A DNA stretch of 64,000 nucleotides from Candidatus Omnitrophota bacterium (GCA_028716245.1 JAQUQW010000001.1:40793-104792); one strand, 5' to 3'; positions 27,235-36,969 are shown, counted from the stretch's first letter. The notes: generated by a model from the letters alone, not told the origin. Numbers and translations: made by a program.

Positions 27235-28097
27235 AAGGAATAATTTTAGCCGGAGGCAAAGCCACGCGCCTTTATCCGATCACTAAAGGCGTCTGCAAAC
27301 AGTTGCTGCCGATTTATGATAAACCGATGATTTATTATCCTTTGTCGGTATTGATGCTGGCTGGCATAAAAGATATCCTGGTGATTTCAACTCCAAAAGA
27401 CACCCCAAGATTCAAAGATTTGCTTGGCGATGGCCGCAACTTAGGGATCAAGCTTGCTTACGCGGCTCAACCTGAGCCAAAAGGAATCGCCCAGAGTTTT
27501 ATCATTGCCGAAGATTTTATCGGAGACGATAATGTGTGTCTTATTTTAGGCGATAATATATTTTACGGCCAAAACCTTACGGAATTGCTTCAAAAAACAG
27601 CTAAATTAAAAAAAGGGGCGGTAATTTTCGGTTATTATGTCAAGGATCCAGAGCGTTACGGCGTGCTTGAATTTGATAAAAAATGCAAGGTGACTTTAAT
27701 TGAAGAGAAGCCTAAAAAACCCAAGTCTAACTGGGCGGTGGCGGGTTTATATTTTTATGATAACAAGGTGGTAAAGATTGCCAAGAATATTAAACCTTCC
27801 GCAAGGGGAGAACTTGAGATCACCTCAGTAAATAACGAATACATTAAAAGAGGCAAGCTCAAGGCGGAATTTCTCGGCCGCGGCCACGCCTGGCTGGATA
27901 CCGGCACCTATGAATCGCTGATTGACGCGTCAGTTTTTATCAAGACAATCGAAGACAGGCAGGGATTAAAGATTGGTTGTATTGAAGAAGTGGCTTATCA
28001 CATGGGGTATATTAATAAAACGCAATTGCTAAAGCTCGCCGGCCAGACGCCAACCAGCTATGGGCAATACTTAAAGGATTTGCTCAAGAATGAATAA
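27231..28097 (+). CDS. rmlA: Glucose-1-phosphate thymidylyltransferase
   Basis: N-terminal [16 protein letters not shown]. Overall RmlA length. Confidence 0.9.
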   Translation: MKGIILAGGKATRLYPITKGVCKQLLPIYDKPMIYYPLSVLMLAGIKDILVISTPKDTPRFKDLLGDGRNLGIKLAYAAQPEPKGIAQSFIIAEDFIGDDNVCLILGDNIFYGQNLTELLQKTAKLKKGAVIFGYYVKDPERYGVLEFDKKCKVTLIEEKPKKPKSNWAVAGLYFYDNKVVKIAKNIKPSARGELEITSVNNEYIKRGKLKAEFLGRGHAWLDTGTYESLIDASVFIKTIEDRQGLKIGCIEEVAYHMGYINKTQLLKLAGQTPTSYGQYLKDLLKNE

Positions 28098-28911
28098 AAA
28101 TATTTTGATTTTGGGAAAAGGATTTATCGGCCAAAGGCTGCAAAGAGAGCTTAACTGTGAAATTGACGGCTCGATGATAAATTGTTTTAGTGATGCGGAA
28201 AAACTGATAAAAAAATACAATCCAAAAATAATCATTAATTGCATCGGCTCGACCGGCAGGCGCAACGTGGATGACTGTGATCTGGATAAGGACGCGGCTT
28301 TGTTGGCAAATAGTTTTGTTCCGGTAATCTTGGCTGAGATATGCCTGCGTAACAGCATCAAGCTTGTGCATATAAGCAGCGGGTGTATTTTTAATTACGA
28401 TTATAAGAAAGATAAGCCGATTAAGGAGGAGAGTGAAGATTATTTTTTCAAGCTTTTTTACAGCAGGAGCAAGATTTACTCAGAGAGGGCTATTGAAGAG
28501 TTAGCGCGCGATTATGATATCCTGATTGCAAGAATTAGGATTCCGCTTATTAACGAAAAACATCCTAAGAATTTGTTAGATAAACTTTTAAAGTATAATA
28601 AGGTCATTAATATCCCTAATTCTGTTACTTATATCCCTGATTTTATCCGGGCAGTTAAACATTTGATAAAGATTGGCGCCCGGGGAGTTTATAATGTGGT
28701 AAATAAGGGTGGTTTACGTTATCCCGATCTTATGCGGGCATATCAAAAATATGTCCCATCGTATAAATTTAAGCTTATTCAAGTAAAGAGCCTTGGGTTG
28801 GTTAGGACCGATTTAATTTTATCTACAAACAAGCTTGAGAAATCCGGTTTTAAGGTTAGGAATATTAACTCAGTCTTAGAAGAATGCGTAAAAGAATACC
28901 TAAAATCTTAG
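28090..28911 (+). CDS. rmlD: dTDP-4-dehydrorhamnose reductase-like SDR
   Basis: Rossmann motif [13 protein letters not shown]. Position between rmlA and rmlB. Confidence 0.6.
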   Translation: MNKNILILGKGFIGQRLQRELNCEIDGSMINCFSDAEKLIKKYNPKIIINCIGSTGRRNVDDCDLDKDAALLANSFVPVILAEICLRNSIKLVHISSGCIFNYDYKKDKPIKEESEDYFFKLFYSRSKIYSERAIEELARDYDILIARIRIPLINEKHPKNLLDKLLKYNKVINIPNSVTYIPDFIRAVKHLIKIGARGVYNVVNKGGLRYPDLMRAYQKYVPSYKFKLIQVKSLGLVRTDLILSTNKLEKSGFKVRNINSVLEECVKEYLKS

Positions 28912-29915
28912 TTACCGGCGCCGCCGGCTTTATCGGCAGCGCATTTGTTAGATTATTATCGAAGGGACTGTCCCCGAAGGGGACTGTCCCTGAGGTTACT
29001 ATAATTGATAAACTCACTTATGCCGCAGACCTGAAGCGTCTCGAAGATATTGATAAAAGGGGACTGTCCCCGAAGGGGACTGTCCCCTTTTACAAAGCCG
29101 ATATTTGCAATAAAAAACAGATTGAAAGGATTTTTTTAAAAGAGAAACCGGATATCGTCGTCCATTTCGCCGCTGAAAGCCACGTCGACCGCAGCATTAA
29201 CGATGCTTCGCCGTTTATCGAAACTAACATTAAGGGCACGCAGGTTCTTATTGATGCCAGCCGCAAATACAATATAAAGCAATTTATTTTAATCTCGACT
29301 GACGAAATCTACGGAGAGATTGCCAATGGCAAGTTTAATGAGGATTCTCCGATTAAACCGAACAGCCCTTACGCGGCTTCTAAGGCCGCCGCGGATCTTT
29401 TAGTACAATCATATATCCGGACTTATAAGTTTCCCGCGATAATTATCCGTCCCTCAAATAATTACGGGCCATGGCAGTATCCGGAGAAGTTGATTCCACT
29501 GGCGATCTTAAGAATAATAGAGGGAGGTAAAGTTCCGCTTTATGGTAAGGGGCAAAATGTGCGTGAATGGCTCTATGTAGATGATTGCGCAAAAGGCATC
29601 CTGGCGATTATGGATAAAGGCGCAAGCGGGCAGATTTATAATTTAGGCAGCAGCCAGGAAAGCAGGAATATCGATACGGTAAAACTTTTATTGGAAACTT
29701 TGGGAGTCAGCCAGAAAAGATTTAAATTTGTTAAGGATCGCCTTGGCCACGATATAAGATATAGTTTGGATTCCAAAAAGCTTTACCAAAAGCTCGGCTG
29801 GGAACCCAGCGTTAAACTTGCGCAAGGCCTTAAGCTTACCGTGGACTGGTCGCTTAAGCATCAAGCTTGGCTTAGAAGTAAGCTAGGAGATATAAATAAA
29901 TTGTATAATAAATAG
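28884..29915 (+). CDS. rmlB: dTDP-glucose 4,6-dehydratase carrying two in-frame 10-codon palindromic repeat insertions
   Basis: [24 protein letters not shown] and the YAASKAA catalytic motif. Two surface-loop insertions GLSPKGTVP. The stop codon TAG is part of a REP-like palindrome. Confidence 0.85.
   Translation: MRKRIPKILVTGAAGFIGSAFVRLLSKGLSPKGTVPEVTIIDKLTYAADLKRLEDIDKRGLSPKGTVPFYKADICNKKQIERIFLKEKPDIVVHFAAESHVDRSINDASPFIETNIKGTQVLIDASRKYNIKQFILISTDEIYGEIANGKFNEDSPIKPNSPYAASKAAADLLVQSYIRTYKFPAIIIRPSNNYGPWQYPEKLIPLAILRIIEGGKVPLYGKGQNVREWLYVDDCAKGILAIMDKGASGQIYNLGSSQESRNIDTVKLLLETLGVSQKRFKFVKDRLGHDIRYSLDSKKLYQKLGWEPSVKLAQGLKLTVDWSLKHQAWLRSKLGDINKLYNK
28964..28990. repeat. In-frame tandem palindrome GGGACTGTCCCCGAAGGGGACTGTCCC (REP1 copy 1) inside rmlB
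   Basis: Two units of the GGGGAC-T-GTCCCC palindrome separated by GAA. It encodes GLSPKGTVP. Confidence 0.85.
29059..29087. repeat. REP1 copy 2 inside rmlB (GGGGACTGTCCCCGAAGGGGACTGTCCCC, flanked by AAAA and TTTT)
   Basis: Encodes RGLSPKGTVPF in frame. Confidence 0.85.
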
Positions 29916-29959
29916 GGACAGCGACCATTATTTTTGAAAAATAATGGTCGCTGTCCCTA
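29913..29959. repeat. REP-like palindrome copy 2. A 47 nt perfect palindrome TAGGGACAGCGACCATTATTTTT-G-AAAAATAATGGTCGCTGTCCCTA.
   Basis: Its leading TAG is the rmlB stop codon. It probably also acts as a terminator hairpin. Confidence 0.85.
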
Positions 29960-29975
29960 TTAAAAAAGGAGAGAT

Positions 29976-31034
29976 ATGCCGGTTGTTATAGTAACGGGTT
30001 CCTGCGGTTTAATCGGCTCTGAAACCGTCAGTTTCTTTGCCGAAAAAGGTTTTGATATCGTCGGTATCGATAATAATATGCGCAAAAGTTTTTTTGGCGC
30101 GGATGGCTCAATCCTTTGGAATAAACAGCGTCTCCAGAAACAACATAAAAACTACCGTCATTATCACGTGGATATCCGCGATCAAGGAAAAATAAATTCA
30201 ATATTCAAGAAATTCAATAAAGATATCGCTTTAATTGCGCACGCCGCGGCCCAGCCTTCCCATGATTGGGCGGCTAAAGATCCCATGGTTGATTTTGGGG
30301 TTAATGCTCAAGGCACGCTGGTTATGCTTGAGGCCCTGCGCAAATTCTCACCCCATGCGGTTTTTATCTTTACCTCAACGAATAAAGTCTACGGTGATAC
30401 TCCTAACCGCCTGCCCTTAATTGAAAAAGAAAAGCGTTTTGAAATAGCCGGCGGCCATAAATATTATAAGGGTATCGATGAAACCATGAGCATCGATAAT
30501 TGTTTACATTCAGTTTTTGGGGCATCTAAAGTTGCCGCGGATGTGATGGCCCAGGAATACGGAAAATATTTTCATTTAAAGACCGGCATATTTAGGGGAG
30601 GCTGCCTTACCGGCCCGGCGCATTCCGGAGCCGAACTGCATGGATTTTTGTCTTATTTAGTAAAATGCGCGGTAACAAAACGCACATATAAAATTTACGG
30701 TTACAAGGGTAAGCAGGTAAGGGACAATATTCATTCATTTGATTTGGTTAACGCGTTTTACCACTACTTCCAGAATCCCCGCTTGGGTGAGGTTTATAAT
30801 ATTGGAGGAGGCAGGTTTGCCAATGTGTCGGTTTTAGAAGCAATTGAGATTTGCGAAAAATTAACCGGGGAACAGTTTGAGTATGAGTATATTGATACCA
30901 ACCGTATCGGCGACCACATCTGGTGGATCAGCGATGTCTCTAAATTTAAATCACATTATCCGAACTGGAATTACAAGTTTGGTATCGAAGAAACAATCAA
31001 ACAAATTCACGATAATTATAGACAGTCTATGTAA
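29976..31034 (+). CDS. NAD-dependent epimerase/dehydratase (CDP-paratose 2-epimerase-like SDR)
   Basis: [13 protein letters not shown]ossmann motif. Catalytic YGASKVAAD. Confidence 0.7.
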   Translation: MPVVIVTGSCGLIGSETVSFFAEKGFDIVGIDNNMRKSFFGADGSILWNKQRLQKQHKNYRHYHVDIRDQGKINSIFKKFNKDIALIAHAAAQPSHDWAAKDPMVDFGVNAQGTLVMLEALRKFSPHAVFIFTSTNKVYGDTPNRLPLIEKEKRFEIAGGHKYYKGIDETMSIDNCLHSVFGASKVAADVMAQEYGKYFHLKTGIFRGGCLTGPAHSGAELHGFLSYLVKCAVTKRTYKIYGYKGKQVRDNIHSFDLVNAFYHYFQNPRLGEVYNIGGGRFANVSVLEAIEICEKLTGEQFEYEYIDTNRIGDHIWWISDVSKFKSHYPNWNYKFGIEETIKQIHDNYRQSM

Positions 31035-31069
31035 TTCCATAAAAGATAACCAGTTACAAAACAAATATT

Positions 31070-32116
31070 GTGGAAAATATGAAGTATAATAATATTTTAA
31101 TCACCGGCGGCGCGGGGTTTATCGGCAGTAACCTGGCGGTATATTTTAAGCGCGAATATCCGCGGCTTAAAGTTTTTGTTTTGGATAACTTGGTCCGCCG
31201 GGGAAGCGAATTTAATTTACCGCGGCTTAAGGAAAACGGCGTTAAGTTTATCCGCGGTGATGCCCGGCGCCCCAAAGACCTGGATCTGGAATTTGATATA
31301 GATTTGATATTGGAATGTTCAGCCGAGCCGTCGGTATTGGCGGGTTATCAGAATCCATCTTATATTATTGATACCAACCTGATGGGCACGGTTAACTGCC
31401 TTGAGTTGTGCCGCAAGCGTAAAGCGGGGATGATTTTCCTTTCCACAAGCAGGGTTTATCCCTATGAAAAAATAAACGCGATCAAGCGCCTTGAATCAAA
31501 GAGCAGGTTTGAGTGGCCGCGTTTTAGCGGTATCGATACGGATTTTTCTTTAACCGGCCCAAAGACTTTGTATGGGGCGACTAAGCTGGCGTCGGAATTT
31601 ATCCTGCAAGAGTATATTGCCGCCTACGGGATCAAGGCGGTTGTGAACCGCTGCGGAGTGGTTGCCGGGCCATGGCAGTTTGGCAAGGTTGACCAGGGGG
31701 TATTTACCTATTGGATGCTGGCGCACTATTTTAAAAAGCCGCTTAAATATATCGGTTTTGGCGGGCAAGGCAAACAGGTGCGCGACCTTTTACATGTTGA
31801 TGACCTTTGCCGGCTAATTGGCATACAGGCAAACAGCCTTCCTAAGTTAAGCGGCAATACTTATAATGTCGGCGGCGCAAGAGAAATAAGCCTTTCTTTA
31901 TTGGAAACCACCGCGCTTTGCCGGCAGATTTCCGGTAATAACGTTAAAGTTGGCCACAACTTGCGTAACCGTCCGGGCGATATCGCCGTATACCTTACGG
32001 ATAACAAAAAAGTTACCCGGGAACTAAAATGGCAGCCGCAAAAACCGGCAATAACGATCCTGAATGATATTTTTAACTGGATCAGGAATAATGAGGCGAA
32101 GCTAAGAAAACTCTAA
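31070..32116 (+). CDS. NAD-dependent epimerase/dehydratase family protein
   Basis: ILITGGAGFIGSNL. YGATKLASE (YxxxK). Confidence 0.7.
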   Translation: MENMKYNNILITGGAGFIGSNLAVYFKREYPRLKVFVLDNLVRRGSEFNLPRLKENGVKFIRGDARRPKDLDLEFDIDLILECSAEPSVLAGYQNPSYIIDTNLMGTVNCLELCRKRKAGMIFLSTSRVYPYEKINAIKRLESKSRFEWPRFSGIDTDFSLTGPKTLYGATKLASEFILQEYIAAYGIKAVVNRCGVVAGPWQFGKVDQGVFTYWMLAHYFKKPLKYIGFGGQGKQVRDLLHVDDLCRLIGIQANSLPKLSGNTYNVGGAREISLSLLETTALCRQISGNNVKVGHNLRNRPGDIAVYLTDNKKVTRELKWQPQKPAITILNDIFNWIRNNEAKLRKL

Positions 32117-32166
32117 ATAAAAAAAATAGATCCGATCACGGTTGTTTTAGTAAATACATAATTAAC

Positions 32167-32194
32167 TTGACAAATCATATTTGTATTATATAAT
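32167..32194 (+). promoter_or_regulatory. Putative sigma70 promoter TTGACA-16 nt-TATAAT. It lies only 6 nt before the ATG, so the transcript may be leaderless.
   Basis: TTGACA at 32167-32172 and TATAAT at 32189-32194. The ORF start is at 32201. Confidence 0.4.
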
Positions 32195-32200
32195 TTTAGC

Positions 32201-33379
32201 ATGAAGTATTACAGGCGAAATATAGAAGGTGTCCTTAAGAAAGCCGCTCTCCAATTCCGCGTTTTAGTTTTGACCGGGATGCGCCAGACGGGAAAGTCTA
32301 CGCTTCTTGCGCATCTTTTCCAAAAGACGCACCGCTATGTTTCTTTAGATAATCCGCGCGATTTAAAGCTCGCCCAGGAGGATCCGGAGCTATTTTTTGA
32401 TGAGTATAAAGAGCCGTTAATCATAGACGAAATTCAATATGCCCCGCAGCTTCTGCCGTATATTAAGATAAGGGCGGATGAATCAGGGAGAAGAGGGCGG
32501 TTTATACTCACCGGTTCGCAGCAATTTACGATGATCCATAATCTCCGAGAGAGTTTGGCGGGTAGGGCGGCGATTTTTCATCTTTTGCCCATGGCTATTA
32601 CTGAGGCAAAAAGCGCCACGCAGAACTATTCTTTCCGCGGTATTAATGGTTCATATCCAGAGTTAATGTTAAGGCCAAACCATGATTCGCAGCGCTGGTT
32701 TGGATCTTATGTATCCACATATTTAGAGAAAGACGTGCAGCCTTTTTATCGGCTGGAGAAAATAACCCATTTCCGCGACCTGCTCTTTCTTTTAGCTGCC
32801 CGCTCATCCCAGGCCTTAAATTATCAGTCTCTTTCTAATGATTTGGGCGTATCGATTCAAGCGGTGAAATTATGGGTAAGCATCCTTGAAGTATCCCAGG
32901 TTATATTTCTGCTTAGGCCATATCATCTTAATTTAGGCAGCCGTATTGTAAAATCTCCAAAAGTATATTTTACCGACATCGGATTAGTAAATTATTTAAT
33001 CGGCAATAAATCAAAAATTGCTCTTACGCGCGGCGCGCAGGCAGGGGCTATTTTCGAGAATTTTGTGATCCAGGAACTATTAAAACATTATTTTAACCTC
33101 GGATTAACGCCGCCTCTTTACTATTACCGGACAAACAACGGGCTGGAAATAGATATAATTATTGAAGAAAAGGCGGGTGTGATTAGGCCTTGTGAGATCA
33201 AATTAACTAAAACGCCCAATTCCAGCATGATTAATTCGATAGAACGGTTGCGCAATCTGAGCAAAAGCAAAAAATTGTCTATACTAGACGGTTGTGTTAT
33301 CTCGCTTGTTGATAAATCTTTTCCTCTTACTAAAACTGCTAGGGCATATAATCTAAAAGAGTTCTTGTCGGTTATTTAA
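32201..33379 (+). CDS. AAA+ ATPase (AAA_14 / DUF4143-type)
   Basis: Walker A GMRQTGKST. Walker B LIIDEIQY. C-terminal DUF4143-like region. Confidence 0.7.
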   Translation: MKYYRRNIEGVLKKAALQFRVLVLTGMRQTGKSTLLAHLFQKTHRYVSLDNPRDLKLAQEDPELFFDEYKEPLIIDEIQYAPQLLPYIKIRADESGRRGRFILTGSQQFTMIHNLRESLAGRAAIFHLLPMAITEAKSATQNYSFRGINGSYPELMLRPNHDSQRWFGSYVSTYLEKDVQPFYRLEKITHFRDLLFLLAARSSQALNYQSLSNDLGVSIQAVKLWVSILEVSQVIFLLRPYHLNLGSRIVKSPKVYFTDIGLVNYLIGNKSKIALTRGAQAGAIFENFVIQELLKHYFNLGLTPPLYYYRTNNGLEIDIIIEEKAGVIRPCEIKLTKTPNSSMINSIERLRNLSKSKKLSILDGCVISLVDKSFPLTKTARAYNLKEFLSVI

Positions 33380-33419
33380 TAATCTCGTAATAGGAAAACA
33401 GATCCGGCCCCAATTTGAG

Positions 33420-34193
33420 ATGAAATCAATTAAGCCAAAGAATATCCTGCGTAAACGTTTTATCGCCGCTGAATCTGGCGCCCTGGTTATCGAAACCATC
33501 CAAACAATAGAAGAGGACACTCTGCGAAGCAGGGTGTCCTCTGGTACTAGATTGCGCGTGCTTAAACTCAAAGGTACCTGGCGCGCCAATGATTACAATG
33601 AACTTTGCTTTGAAGTTACCTTACGTAAAGGCCCGCCTGAAACCTACACCTTTAAAGGAAGCTGGAAACTAAACAAAAACCAACAAATAGAATACACATC
33701 CGAAGATGGCCGCGACACATTAACCTTCCAGGGTTATTGGAACATATCTTCGGCCAATCGCCTTGTTTATATGCTTGAAGGCAGCTCAACCTCGCGCTTT
33801 GAATTCAAGGTTCAGCTTGAATCGCCGACGCTTTATCCTAAAAAAGGAGAAATCCGCTATCGTATTGGCGTAGGTATCCGCCAAAGCCGCCTGAGCGCGC
33901 CCGGCCAGATAATTATTCTCTACGGTGAATGGAAGTTTGGCCGCGATTTAGAACTGACTTTTCAAATGGATTATGGCCAGGGTAAGGTCAGGGCAATAGA
34001 ATTTGGGGCAGAGGTAACCTTTGGCCGTGACAAAGTAATTTTGGCGCTTAAGAACGAGTTTGGCAAGCCTTTAGGTCTAACTCTTACCATGACCCATAGA
34101 TTCTTAGAGCACCTTGACGCCGAAGCCTTTGTAAGGCTAAAATCCCGCCAAAAAGAACAAGCAATCGAAGCCGGCATCACCATCCCTTTCTAA
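33420..34193 (+). CDS. Hypothetical beta-rich protein
   Basis: 257 aa ORF with internal repeated tri-/tetra-strand-like segments. No recognisable motif. Confidence 0.3.
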   Translation: MKSIKPKNILRKRFIAAESGALVIETIQTIEEDTLRSRVSSGTRLRVLKLKGTWRANDYNELCFEVTLRKGPPETYTFKGSWKLNKNQQIEYTSEDGRDTLTFQGYWNISSANRLVYMLEGSSTSRFEFKVQLESPTLYPKKGEIRYRIGVGIRQSRLSAPGQIIILYGEWKFGRDLELTFQMDYGQGKVRAIEFGAEVTFGRDKVILALKNEFGKPLGLTLTMTHRFLEHLDAEAFVRLKSRQKEQAIEAGITIPF

Positions 34194-34374
34194 TAACGTA
34201 GACAGTGTAGCTAAGATCTTGTAATGTAAAGAGATATAAAACAAATATTTTATATTCAAAGAATTTTTATTAGATTTTACGTCTTTCTACGTCCATTGAT
34301 AGTAGAAAGGAGAGCTTAAATGAGCAATAAACTTTGAGGTTTCATTCTGCAACCTCATGTTTTTACTGGGTAAA

Positions 34375-34432
34375 TAGGGACAGCGACCATTTTTTTCTTC
34401 TATGTGAACAAGAAAAATGGTCGCTGTCCCTA
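34375..34432. repeat. REP-like palindrome copy 3 (TAGGGACAGCGACCAT...ATGGTCGCTGTCCCTA), intergenic
   Basis: Same 14 nt arms as the copies at 5408 and 29913. Confidence 0.8.
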
Positions 34433-34485
34433 TTTAACATCATATCTCTTGACTTTTTTACCTTGTTTGTTAAAATATCCGTTCA

Positions 34486-34818
34486 ATGACTGAACAGCCC
34501 CAAAAAGAAGAAACTCTCTTTATTTTCAAAGAGTTAGAGGCCAACCCAAATACTACTCAACGGGATCTTTCCAGCCGCCCGAACATCTCCTTAGGTAGAA
34601 CTAACTATCTTCTCCGTGAACTCATTTTAAAGGGTTTCATCAAAGCCAAAAGCTTCACCGGTAACCCCGGGAAGCTAAGAAAAATGCATTATCTTCTAAC
34701 CGAGAAAGGCTTGGAAGAAAAATTCAGGCTTATTAAACATTTCCTGCAAATAAAAGAAGTAGAATACAATAAACTGAAACAGGAAAGTGATCTACTGATG
34801 AAAACTTATGGAGATTAA
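34486..34818 (+). CDS. MarR-family winged-helix regulator (EPS-associated type)
   Basis: 110 aa. The wHTH region is QRDLSSRPNISLGRTNYLLRELILKGFIK. It lies inside a polysaccharide locus. Confidence 0.55.
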   Translation: MTEQPQKEETLFIFKELEANPNTTQRDLSSRPNISLGRTNYLLRELILKGFIKAKSFTGNPGKLRKMHYLLTEKGLEEKFRLIKHFLQIKEVEYNKLKQESDLLMKTYGD

Positions 34819-34833
34819 CTATATTAGAAATCC

Positions 34834-35363
34834 ATGAAAAATAATAAAAATGTATATATAATTGCTGGCCCCAATGGTTCAGGAAAGACTACATTTGCGA
34901 ATAAATTTTTGCCTGATTATGCCGTATGCCAGAATTTTGTGAACGCCGATCTCATAGCTCAAGGGCTTTCGCCATTTTCTCCCCGCGTATTTGCTATAAA
35001 AGCTGGAAGAATTGTTTTGGAGCAGATCAATGGGTTTGCGGAAAGCGGGGTTGATTTCGGATTTGAGACTACGTTGTCAGGTAAATCATATGTCAATATC
35101 CTAATTCACAGCTTGCTATCGCGCGCATTAAGGAGAGAGTCTTAATGGGCGGCCACGATGTCCCCTCTAAGGATGTGCGTAGGCGTTTTACCAGGTCTAT
35201 GGTTAATTTGTTTAGATTGTATCAGCCGTTATTGGATTCTTGGATGATTTTTAATAACTCCGGCATTACTCCCGTTTTAATCGCGAAAAATGTGGATGGG
35301 AATTTAATTATTTCTGATGAGCAATCATTTAACAAGATTATAAAAATGGAGAATAAAAAATGA
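34834..35363 (+). pseudogene. Zeta-toxin-like / AAA-family P-loop kinase, disrupted by an internal deletion plus frameshift
   Basis: ORF 34834-35145 carries the P-loop GPNGSGKTT. ORF 35145-35363 carries the C-terminal GGHDVPSKDVRRRF motif. The C-terminal frame is open from about 35090 (..SQLAIARIKERVLMGGH..). About 20 residues expected between the two halves are missing. Confidence 0.55.
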
Positions 35364-35509
35364 AAAGGGAGATTACTATACAGGATAAGGCGGAGTTAGC
35401 TATGAAAAGCGCGATTCGCCAGGTTGTCCAGGAGCATAAAAAATCCGGGCGTCCTTTGGCCGTATGGAAAAACGGTAAAATGGTAAGGATATCGGCAAAT
35501 AAACTTTAA
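35360..35509 (+). CDS. Small hypothetical protein (49 aa), translationally coupled to the broken ATPase (ATGA overlap)
   Basis: ORF MKREITIQDKAELAMKSAIRQVVQEHKKSGRPLAVWKNGKMVRISANKL. It is below the ORF-track size cutoff. Confidence 0.25.
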   Translation: MKREITIQDKAELAMKSAIRQVVQEHKKSGRPLAVWKNGKMVRISANKL

Positions 35510-35516
35510 TTATAGA

Positions 35517-36236
35517 ATGAGATTACGTACACTGTCTATAATTATTATTCTTCTCTTGGCCACCACTCGCGGATTTTGCTATCCGGCCGACGTAGTCAGC
35601 CTCAACAACCGGGAGTATTTTCCGGCGGCGCAAAAAGCGATCGCGCAGGCAAAGAAATCTATATTTATAGTGATGTATTTAATCAGTTTCGACAAAGAAA
35701 ACAAAAGCTCAAAAGTTTTTCAATTAGTGGACGAACTGGTTAAAGCTAAGCTTAGGGGGGTGGAGGTTAAGGCTATTTTGGATTACCAGAGTAGCTCTAC
35801 TTTTCCCGCGGGCCAGGAAAATTATGCGGCATTTAAGTTTCTTAAGGATAAGGGAATTGATGCTTATTTTGACGGCGCGGTAGTTTACACCCACACTAAA
35901 GCCATGGTTATCGATAAGAGGATAGTTATTTCCGGAAGCCACAACTGGTCTGACGCCGCGCTTGAGAGGAACAACGAGACTTCATTTTTAATCGATTCAC
36001 CTGAATTAGCCAGCCGGCTTTTGGATGAATTTTCGCGGATCAAGCTCTCGAGGCCTGAATTAAAAGAAGGCGCGGTGGCTAGAATTCCATATTGGGCAAT
36101 GGAAAAAAACGGAATTATCCTGGATATGCTCCACCGGCACGATGAAAAGTGTCTTGATACCTGGCTTTTGCTCCTAAGGGATTTTGATGGCAATGCCGCT
36201 GGCCTGGTAAATACAAATTATGAAGTGCTGGCTTGA
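35517..36236 (+). CDS. Phospholipase D-family (HKD) protein with signal peptide, Nuc-like
   Basis: HKD motif HTKAMVIDKRIVISGSHNWS. N-terminal signal peptide. The first codons overlap the right-end repeat of the IS-like unit. Confidence 0.75.
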   Translation: MRLRTLSIIIILLLATTRGFCYPADVVSLNNREYFPAAQKAIAQAKKSIFIVMYLISFDKENKSSKVFQLVDELVKAKLRGVEVKAILDYQSSSTFPAGQENYAAFKFLKDKGIDAYFDGAVVYTHTKAMVIDKRIVISGSHNWSDAALERNNETSFLIDSPELASRLLDEFSRIKLSRPELKEGAVARIPYWAMEKNGIILDMLHRHDEKCLDTWLLLLRDFDGNAAGLVNTNYEVLA

Positions 36237-36969
36237 AGGTTTAGGGATGTTAAAGGATATAGATCATCCGTTTTACCGCAGGGATATAAACGCGCTACTT
36301 CGGCACTTAAATAAATTATACAAATTAGTTGAGATAGATACCCGGCTTAATCAGCCGATTAAAGTGAAGCTTTTAAGAAAAGTAGAAGGAGAAAATTTTA
36401 GCCTTCCTAGGGCCTATTGGGATTATGGCTGGGCAAATAGATTGGATCTGAATGCCAAGGCCTGCCTTTTGATTAATTTAGCCGAGCTGGGGCGTAATCC
36501 GCGGTCGCCGGAGTGGTCGCTCTCTCGCCCTCAGCTTATCGAAAAATATGGGGTAGGTATGAATTCGCTTTATCGGGGAATGAAGGCCTTAAGGGATTTT
36601 AATATCATTGATGTTAAGTGTAGCGAGATTGATGTGGGGTATGAGAGCAGGATGGCCTCCACAACCACTTTCCTGGGATTATATGATCCGCGCGAATTTG
36701 AGCAAAGCCTAAAACACCTTGAGGATACTCACGGTAGAGAATTAATAACCAAAAGCAGAAATTATGCTTTTGTGGTTTTTAAGGGATATGATTTAACCGT
36801 GATTGAGATGATCGCCGGTTTTATTAACACTTATGGGCCAGCTAAAGTGGATGAGGCTTTTAAGGTAGTTGCGAAGAAAAACCCGGATAATCCCAAAAGA
36901 TCATTCGGCTACGTAACCGGAATTTTAGGCAAGATGAAAGGTAAAGTATCGCATTCTTATGTTAAGTAA
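36220..36969 (+). CDS. Hypothetical protein
   Basis: 249 aa ORF overlapping the PLD gene end. Possible wHTH-like segment RPQLIEKYGVGMNSLYRGMKALRDFNIIDV. Confidence 0.3.
   Translation: MKCWLEGLGMLKDIDHPFYRRDINALLRHLNKLYKLVEIDTRLNQPIKVKLLRKVEGENFSLPRAYWDYGWANRLDLNAKACLLINLAELGRNPRSPEWSLSRPQLIEKYGVGMNSLYRGMKALRDFNIIDVKCSEIDVGYESRMASTTTFLGLYDPREFEQSLKHLEDTHGRELITKSRNYAFVVFKGYDLTVIEMIAGFINTYGPAKVDEAFKVVAKKNPDNPKRSFGYVTGILGKMKGKVSHSYVK

Larger units (their letters stand above)
34196..35544. mobile_element. Second inverted-repeat-bounded unit related to the RAYT element. It carries a RAYT 5' leader remnant, a REP palindrome, a MarR-EPS regulator, a broken zeta-like ATPase and a small ORF.
   Basis: AACGTAGACAGTGTAGCTAAG at 34196-34216 is an inverted copy of the element at 35523-35544, ATTACGTACACTGTCTATAATT. 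34270-34318 is about 75 percent identical to the RAYT upstream leader (26143-26191) and ends in an ATG that opens only a 5-codon ORF. Confidence 0.45.
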
